Positions 57,897 through 64,000 of a stretch of 64,000 nt of DNA are shown one piece after another. Location: NCBI GenBank assembly GCA_049513715.1, contig JBEKVV010000004.1:64001-128000 (forward strand), given 5' to 3'. The translations under genes were made by a program, and so were the position numbers. The notes under the pieces are model-generated. The model was given only the letters and a program-made list of their open reading frames with translations. It had not been told where the DNA came from and made no database searches. The number at the start of each line of letters is the position of its first letter. Positions within the stretch are counted from its first letter, which is position 1. Source of the DNA: Candidatus Bathyarchaeia archaeon (lineage in GTDB: Archaea; Thermoproteota; Bathyarchaeia; 40CM-2-53-6).

Positions 57897-59711
57897 TTGA
57901 CGTCAGCAGAATTGGGCAGACTTCCCCATTGGAACTTATCAAACGTATACCCGAGCCTTGAGTCCGAACAATTCAAGCGGGCAATCGTGGATCTGCAAAC
58001 TCAAGTCGATGTTATCGACACATATCTGAATGAACGCAAAATCTCCAGATCTTCCCCAGCCGCAAACGCGCTGGGAGCCAAGAATGCGATGGAGGGTTAC
58101 TTGGAGAAAGCGAACGCAGTTTACCGGCTGTTCGGCACTTTGACCGCTTACGTTGCGTCCTTCGTTACCACGGATTCCTACAACACCGCCGCCAAGAAGC
58201 TGGAATCTGAGCTTGAAACGCTCGGCGTGCGGCTCCGCAAACAGGACATCAAGTTCCAAGGCTGGATCGGCAGCGTCGCCAACACTCTACCACAAATCCT
58301 AACGCAACCAGGCTTAGCAAAGGAACACGCGTTCTACCTTAACGAAACCGCTCAGCAGAGCCGTTACATGATGAGTGACGCCGAGGAATCCTTGGCCGCG
58401 GAGCTTGATTTGAGTGGCGGAAACGCCTGGGGCAAACTGCAAGGCACCGTCTGTTCGCAACTCACCGTGAGCTTCGATTTACACGGAAGAACTCAGAAGC
58501 TACCGATCACAGCCCTCCAGAACCTAAACCACGACCATGACCCTGAAGTTCGCCGACGTGCCTACGAGGCAGAGCTAACCGCTTGGGAATCCGTACGCGA
58601 ATCACTCGCAGCCGCTTTGAACGGCGTCAAAGGCGAGGTAGTGATAGTTGACAAGCGCCGTGGCCGAACCGATGCACTCCACGCCTCACTCGACCGTTCA
58701 CGTTTAGATCGGGAAACACTCGAAGCAATGCTCAAAGTAATGCGTGACTCCTTTCCTATGTTCCGCCGCTACTTCAAAGCCAAAGCGAAACGGCTGGGGC
58801 ATCAGGGTGCGCTGCCATGGTGGGACCTCTTTGCCCCTGTAGGTAAGAGTGAGCGGCGCTACTCGTGGGATGAGGCGAAGCATTTCATTCTAACCCAATT
58901 CCGAACCTTCAGCGACCACCTGGCCGATCTGGCTCAGAGGGCATTTGAACATGATTGGGTTGATGCTGAGTCAAGAGATGGGAAGCGGGGCGGGGCGTTC
59001 TGCATGGGCGTCCCAGCTGTTGATGAGTCTCGCATATTGTGTAATTTCGACGGCTCATTAGACCAAGTATCAACGGTTGCCCATGAGCTTGGGCACGCGT
59101 TCCACAACGATTGCCAAGTGGGCAAAACCATCCTGCAAACCATCACTCCCATGACCGTCGCTGAAACAGCATCAATCTTTAACGAAACAATCATCACCAA
59201 CGCAGCACTAGCACAATCCAACGGGCCCGAAGAATCCCTGGCAATCCTGGAAGCGCAATTGGTTAATGCAAGCCAAATCGTTGTTGACATATCCTCAAGG
59301 TTCCTCTTTGAGAAGGAGGTTTTCGAGCGTCGCGAGAAATCGGAGTTGTCGGCAGATGATTTCTGTGAGATAATCCTACGCTGCCAGAGAGACACTTATG
59401 GTGATGGTCTCGACGAACACTACTTGCACAAGTACATGTGGGCGTGGAAGCCGCACTACTACAGCCCCTCATTCTCCTTCTACAACTATCCATACGCCTT
59501 CGGGTTACTCTTTGGAACAGGGCTCTATGCAATCTACAAGGAACGCGGCCGAGAGTTCACTAAAGATTATGAAACCCTGCTAGCCAGCACCGGTGAAAGA
59601 ACACCTGCAGAGCTCGCTGCCAGGTTCGGGATCGACATCCGCAAACCCGACTTCTGGCAGGGCAGCCTGAAGGTTATCGAGCAACAGATTCAGCATTACT
59701 TGAAGCTCTGA
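57897..59711 (+). CDS. pepF: M3B oligoendopeptidase F
   Basis: WNLS, WDLFAP, GKRGGAFC, HELGH, AETAS, FYNYPYAFG. Start reassigned downstream of the rhodanese overlap. Confidence 0.92.
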   Translation: MTSAELGRLPHWNLSNVYPSLESEQFKRAIVDLQTQVDVIDTYLNERKISRSSPAANALGAKNAMEGYLEKANAVYRLFGTLTAYVASFVTTDSYNTAAKKLESELETLGVRLRKQDIKFQGWIGSVANTLPQILTQPGLAKEHAFYLNETAQQSRYMMSDAEESLAAELDLSGGNAWGKLQGTVCSQLTVSFDLHGRTQKLPITALQNLNHDHDPEVRRRAYEAELTAWESVRESLAAALNGVKGEVVIVDKRRGRTDALHASLDRSRLDRETLEAMLKVMRDSFPMFRRYFKAKAKRLGHQGALPWWDLFAPVGKSERRYSWDEAKHFILTQFRTFSDHLADLAQRAFEHDWVDAESRDGKRGGAFCMGVPAVDESRILCNFDGSLDQVSTVAHELGHAFHNDCQVGKTILQTITPMTVAETASIFNETIITNAALAQSNGPEESLAILEAQLVNASQIVVDISSRFLFEKEVFERREKSELSADDFCEIILRCQRDTYGDGLDEHYLHKYMWAWKPHYYSPSFSFYNYPYAFGLLFGTGLYAIYKERGREFTKDYETLLASTGERTPAELAARFGIDIRKPDFWQGSLKVIEQQIQHYLKL

Positions 59712-59765
59712 GGCAACCCCTTCCCTACTATTCACAATAATCTCGTTAGCGCGACGCAAAGTCTT

Positions 59766-60881
59766 ATGGCTGGGTGGTCGCGAGTTTGCAGAACTATGTT
59801 CAACTACGATGCCCTCGTAAGAAACGTTCTCAATTCAACCCTCAGCATCCAGCCTGGCGATGATGTAATCGTCGAGTCTTGGGACCACGGACTTCCCATC
59901 GCAGACGCATTCATTTACAGGTTGCGTGAATTGGGCGCTCACCCAATGCTACTATTCGAGCACGAAGAAACATTCTGGAAATCAGCGGAATCGCTTCCTG
60001 AAGAGAAGCTTGGGAAGGTTGGGGAACATGAGTGGGCGGCGATCGAGAAGGCCAAGGGATATGTCTTCATCACAGGGCCTGCCGATTTTCTTAGAATTTG
60101 GAAGAACCGGACAAAGTTCGGCGCGGCAACCGCCTACAATGAGGAATGGTACGAGAGGGCCAAACGATATCGGCTGAAAGCAGCACGCATAGCACTAGGG
60201 TACGCCACACAGCAACGCGCTCGCGCCTACAACATTCCACTCGCCGCTTGGCAGCGCATGCTGATTGCAGCCTCCACGGTGGACTTCACCGCGCTCAAGG
60301 AAAGGGTAGCGAAGTTCGGCTCCCTCATGCGGAGCGGCGATGTGAAACTCACAGCATCCAACGGCACAAACCTGAACCTTCGACTGAGCGGTCGGGATCC
60401 GTCCCGAGACGACTGCACCGTTGACGCGGAGGATCTTGATCGTGGCAAAAATGTTGCAAACATCCCAAGTGGCGACGTCCTAGCCTGCCCGGACGAGACA
60501 TATGCTGAGGGAACTGGCGCTTTTGATAGGCCAGCCCCGTTCATGGGCAAATGGGTTGGCGGAGTACGATTAGAGTTCAAGAATGGTCTGTTGTCGGATT
60601 ATCGAGGGCGTCTGAACGCTGAGCTCCTGAAAGCAAGCTATGACAAGGCCACTGGTGAGCGAGATAGGATTGCGGTCATTGGAGTTGGTGTGAATCCGAA
60701 GGCGAAGACTGGGTTCCTGCAAGACAGTCTAGCCCCCGGTGTCGTGACTGTGGGAATCGGGGGCAACGATGACATAGGCGGCGCCAACAAAACCGATTTC
60801 TATTTCGCCGGGGTTCTAACTAAGGCCACGTTAACTGTTGACGGCAAAGTTATCGTGGAGAACGGAAAACTCATTCTGTAA
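59766..60881 (+). CDS. M29 aminopeptidase-fold protein lacking most metal ligands
   Basis: Fold motifs NGTNL, NIPSG, GVGVNP, TLTVDG are present; the E/H ligand positions are substituted. Confidence 0.75.
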   Translation: MAGWSRVCRTMFNYDALVRNVLNSTLSIQPGDDVIVESWDHGLPIADAFIYRLRELGAHPMLLFEHEETFWKSAESLPEEKLGKVGEHEWAAIEKAKGYVFITGPADFLRIWKNRTKFGAATAYNEEWYERAKRYRLKAARIALGYATQQRARAYNIPLAAWQRMLIAASTVDFTALKERVAKFGSLMRSGDVKLTASNGTNLNLRLSGRDPSRDDCTVDAEDLDRGKNVANIPSGDVLACPDETYAEGTGAFDRPAPFMGKWVGGVRLEFKNGLLSDYRGRLNAELLKASYDKATGERDRIAVIGVGVNPKAKTGFLQDSLAPGVVTVGIGGNDDIGGANKTDFYFAGVLTKATLTVDGKVIVENGKLIL

Positions 60882-60926
60882 GCCAGATCGTCTGATTTCT
60901 CAAGAAAATACGTGATGTGAGCTCAG

Positions 60927-61487
60927 CTGGTCGAGAAAGAAACTGCAGTTCTGAACCGAAGGATTCTTTTCAGAGAGTTTCTAATCGCTCTAGTCCCCAT
61001 CACAGCGCTCATCGCCGCTTTGGCGTCCAGAAGTCTGGTGTTGCTCGATTATGTTCATGTGATAACCGGCGGAACGTGGACGGGGATAGACCTCTTCATG
61101 GGACTGGTGATGACTAGGATCATGCGTTCTCTGCCAATCCCACAAAGAGTGGCCATCGCCAGTCGTCTGACGCCTAAGACTCTCTTCCTCCTACCCTCAC
61201 TTGCATCAACCGCAATAACTGCTGGCGTCTACATGGCAATGGCCGAAGGCGTATTCAGCTTCCACTCGCCCTGGATCGTGGCAGCGATAGTCGTAGTGAC
61301 CATACTAACAGTGCAAGGCTTCGGGCTCCTAATGCCAAACAGCATCAGAATCCTCCTAGAAATTCGCAAAGGAAACCCCGACACGGAGAAGATAGCTCGG
61401 TTGAACTTGAGAAACCTCAGGGTCTCGGGAAGCCAAGCAGCCTTTCAGATTGCGATAATATTCATCATGGCCAACCTCGCAATCTGA
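60927..61487 (+). CDS. Hypothetical membrane protein
   Basis: HV..G..WTGIDLFMG; several TM segments. The frame is open upstream to a CTG at 60927. Confidence 0.7.
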   Translation: MVEKETAVLNRRILFREFLIALVPITALIAALASRSLVLLDYVHVITGGTWTGIDLFMGLVMTRIMRSLPIPQRVAIASRLTPKTLFLLPSLASTAITAGVYMAMAEGVFSFHSPWIVAAIVVVTILTVQGFGLLMPNSIRILLEIRKGNPDTEKIARLNLRNLRVSGSQAAFQIAIIFIMANLAI

Positions 61488-61500
61488 GTGGCCCAGTGCC

Positions 61501-61995
61501 TTAAGATTGATTTTTCTCTCCGGGCTTCGTTTTCCCAAACGGAAGCCGTTTGAGCACCTCGACAACCTCATGCGTATGCTCCGTAACGTCCACGTTCGTG
61601 AAGACCTTGGCAATTCGGCCCTCTCTGTCGATTATGAATGTTGTTCTTTCGGCATACGAGCCATCTTCACTCAGAACCCCGTAAGCCTTCGAGATCCGCT
61701 TCTCATGGTCGCTGACGAGGGGAAAGTTCAGACTGTTTTTCTCGGCGAATTTCTTGTGGGAATCGACGGCGTCGACGCTAACGCCAATGACCTCAGTCCA
61801 GAGAGCGGTTATCGATTGTAATTTGTCTCTGAAACTGCAGGCTTCAATTGTGCAACCTTTGGTATCATCCTTCGGGTAGAAGTATAGTACCACGTTCTTC
61901 TTTCCGAGGTAGTCTTTGAGTCGGATCTGGGTGTCAGTGGATGTTGACCCCTCGAAATCAGGTGCCATATCACCGGCTTTCAGTTTTGCTTCCAC
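61501..61995 (-). CDS. bcp: Peroxiredoxin (BCP/PrxQ)
   Basis: FYPKDDTKGCTIEAC, GVSVD, RTTFIID. Confidence 0.95.
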   Translation of the reverse strand: MEAKLKAGDMAPDFEGSTSTDTQIRLKDYLGKKNVVLYFYPKDDTKGCTIEACSFRDKLQSITALWTEVIGVSVDAVDSHKKFAEKNSLNFPLVSDHEKRISKAYGVLSEDGSYAERTTFIIDREGRIAKVFTNVDVTEHTHEVVEVLKRLPFGKTKPGEKNQS

Positions 61996-62123
61996 AGCTG
62001 TTCCCTGCTCTCCAATTCTATAGCTACGAACGCCAATGCCTTGCCGCGTTTATCACGCTTGCTCTGAAATGGGACTTGGCAAATTGCGGGGCGCGTCCTT
62101 AATCAGTACATGTAACAACTAAT

Positions 62124-62921
62124 GTGTTGGGTAATTTGCGAACGTCCACTTTTCCCGCAATCTATTTGCTGATTCTGCTTTTTGTTAGTGGGACCTTGAT
62201 GACGGCGGCCGCTGTTGACCCTTCGCGGGAGTTCGGGGGAGTCTTCTATTTTCACTATGGATCTCAGTTGTACCGGAATCAGAATGCATCGATCACACTC
62301 CTTGAAGAAGCAAATCTTACCTCTCCCGTAGGGGTCACCCCTCAAGTGGTTGAGGTGGCTTCTGATATTCGCAATGCGACGTCGGTCTTCGGGTCGATTT
62401 GGGTTGGGACGGTGGCTTGGGTTACTCAGCCTCTGGTTCAGTCAACATCAATCCAAGGCCCGGTAGTGTTCGCCGTTTGGTTATCCAGCGACGACTCGGC
62501 CCCATCTTTCTCAGGCGTGGGAGCAGGCATTGCCATCTTGAATCAGCAGAATGAAACCGTGGGAGACTACGATTATACATACTCATACGCCGAGGGAAGC
62601 ATTCTAACCCCCACTCCTAAAGAGTACGATTTCACAGTTGATTGGAACAGGCATGTTGACACTGACCAGAGGCTGGTTTTCGCGGTCGGCGTCGGGTCCA
62701 CGATGGAGGGCTGGCGAATGAAAGTGTACTATGGCGCAGCAGAATACCCCAGTCACACCCAGCTACCAATATCCATGTTGGTCATTCCGGAGTTCACTCA
62801 ACCCATTATGCTTCTAACCGTAGTTTGCGCAATTGTCGTCACATTCGGTGCAGCCCAAAGGGAATCTAACAGGTACGGCGATGAGTCTCAATGTTCCGGG
62901 GCATCGCTAAACGTAAAGTGA
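62124..62921 (+). CDS. Secreted/surface protein with PEF-CTERM-like sorting signal
   Basis: N-terminal signal, N-glycosylation sequons, VIPEF followed by a TM helix. Confidence 0.65.
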   Translation: MLGNLRTSTFPAIYLLILLFVSGTLMTAAAVDPSREFGGVFYFHYGSQLYRNQNASITLLEEANLTSPVGVTPQVVEVASDIRNATSVFGSIWVGTVAWVTQPLVQSTSIQGPVVFAVWLSSDDSAPSFSGVGAGIAILNQQNETVGDYDYTYSYAEGSILTPTPKEYDFTVDWNRHVDTDQRLVFAVGVGSTMEGWRMKVYYGAAEYPSHTQLPISMLVIPEFTQPIMLLTVVCAIVVTFGAAQRESNRYGDESQCSGASLNVK

Positions 62922-63018
62922 ATTTCAGAAATTTCGAGTGCCCGAAATTGTGCGGTGTGTGCGTCTAAGAGTTTACATATCGGGGTCGAGTTGGCAAGGA
63001 GAATCGGGCAGGCTAAAC

Positions 63019-64000
63019 TTGGACAATCGTTCTGGGTTGTCAAAGGTTACGATTTGCATGCTGACAATCGTGTTGGCAATTGCGTTATTCCTGCCCTTGA
63101 ACGTTCATGCGTCAGCTGGTAACCGAGCAGCCCCGCTCTCAGCAACAACCCTAGTGCCCTCCGGGATTGGCGCTAACACATCTCTTCCAACAGCCCAAGC
63201 TCCTACTACGAGAGACATTATTGTTGAGTGGATGAAGACTCAATCCGGGCAAGATAGGTTCAATCCTGAATTCATCATTGTAACCCAAATGGATACCGTG
63301 AACTTGGTATTCATCAACAACGATACGGTTGCGCACGACTTTGTGATAGGGCCTCCGTACAACATACTCGTGAACGCTTCAGTTCCTGGGCTGTACGATG
63401 ACGTGACCGGGCAGAAAATCACCACGCCGGCACTTCGCAATTCCCCCGGCGTAGTGGTCACAGGCACACCTGGAAATGTTTCAGCGTCGTACTCATTCGT
63501 GGCAAGATACGCTGGCATTTTCCAGTACGTGTGCACTTACCACATTGAGGTCGGTATGATTGGTTACCTGGTAGTATTAGCGCCTACATCTCCCAGTTCA
63601 GGTCAAACCCAACCCAACGCTACCACCCAAGCGGGGCAAAGCCCCAACACAGTGCAGGTCAGCATCGACGCCGGATCCGGCGTCAACACCAACTTACCAG
63701 GCTATACGCCTGCGGACATTACGGTTGTAATCGGCGTAAACAACACGGTCGTGTGGGCTAATAACGACGACATGCCGCACACCGTGACCGCCCTCGACGG
63801 CAGTTTCGATTCTGCGAACCTGAATCCCGGCAAACCGTTCGTCCACACCTTCACCAATCCGGGGGTATTCGCCTACACGTGTATGTACCATCGTTGGATG
63901 AATGGGACCGTGACTGTTCTGGGTGGGGCGGGCAGTTCGCCAGTTCAGGGGTCTGGGGATTTCACGGTGGTCTTAACGGGGCATGAGATCTACGGAATAA
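63019..64000 (+). CDS. Secreted tandem cupredoxin (two type-1 copper sites), partial at window end
   Basis: Open frame from TTG 63019 to the edge. Signal peptide; AHDF..CTYHIEVGM and PHTVT..CMYHRWM. Confidence 0.85.
   Translation, partial: MDNRSGLSKVTICMLTIVLAIALFLPLNVHASAGNRAAPLSATTLVPSGIGANTSLPTAQAPTTRDIIVEWMKTQSGQDRFNPEFIIVTQMDTVNLVFINNDTVAHDFVIGPPYNILVNASVPGLYDDVTGQKITTPALRNSPGVVVTGTPGNVSASYSFVARYAGIFQYVCTYHIEVGMIGYLVVLAPTSPSSGQTQPNATTQAGQSPNTVQVSIDAGSGVNTNLPGYTPADITVVIGVNNTVVWANNDDMPHTVTALDGSFDSANLNPGKPFVHTFTNPGVFAYTCMYHRWMNGTVTVLGGAGSSPVQGSGDFTVVLTGHEIYGI

Noticed and set aside
1..64000. CRISPR arrays, rRNA, tRNA, transposases or integrases
   Set aside because: None recognised by eye; the intergenic spaces are short and lack periodic repeats or cloverleaf signatures.

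Overview
This is a gene-dense archaeal window, most likely from a TACK-lineage organism such as Bathyarchaeia. That is inferred from TTG/GTG starts, the AOR, SAMP-like and PEF-CTERM-type proteins, and the promoter style. Most of it is a catabolic island: two pyridoxamine-pyruvate-aminotransferase-like genes (one with its catalytic Lys replaced by His), an ECF transporter, three aldehyde:ferredoxin oxidoreductases, two xanthine-dehydrogenase-family Mo hydroxylases, two LLM oxidoreductases, two M20 deacylases, and a NicX/M29-like protein. It also holds a THI5-type ABC transporter and a group 3b [NiFe] hydrogenase operon with an embedded cNMP-binding gene. The most striking signal is non-coding: a ~227-nt structured element at 49284-49510, closed by a perfect 10-bp stem and a bulge-helix-bulge (BHB)-like motif. 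Canonical splicing would excise exactly 200 nt, and the ligation junction would complete a GAGA-tetraloop hairpin, so this is a candidate genome-encoded circular RNA of unknown family. It abuts a PD-(D/E)XK-like gene. Other oddities are two MoaD-like proteins without the C-terminal Gly-Gly bracketing an AOR, an in-frame TGA in an amine dehydrogenase, a frameshifted or split nucleotidyltransferase-like gene, a pseudo-peptidase and several gene remnants. All calls come from reading motifs by eye; no searches were run.
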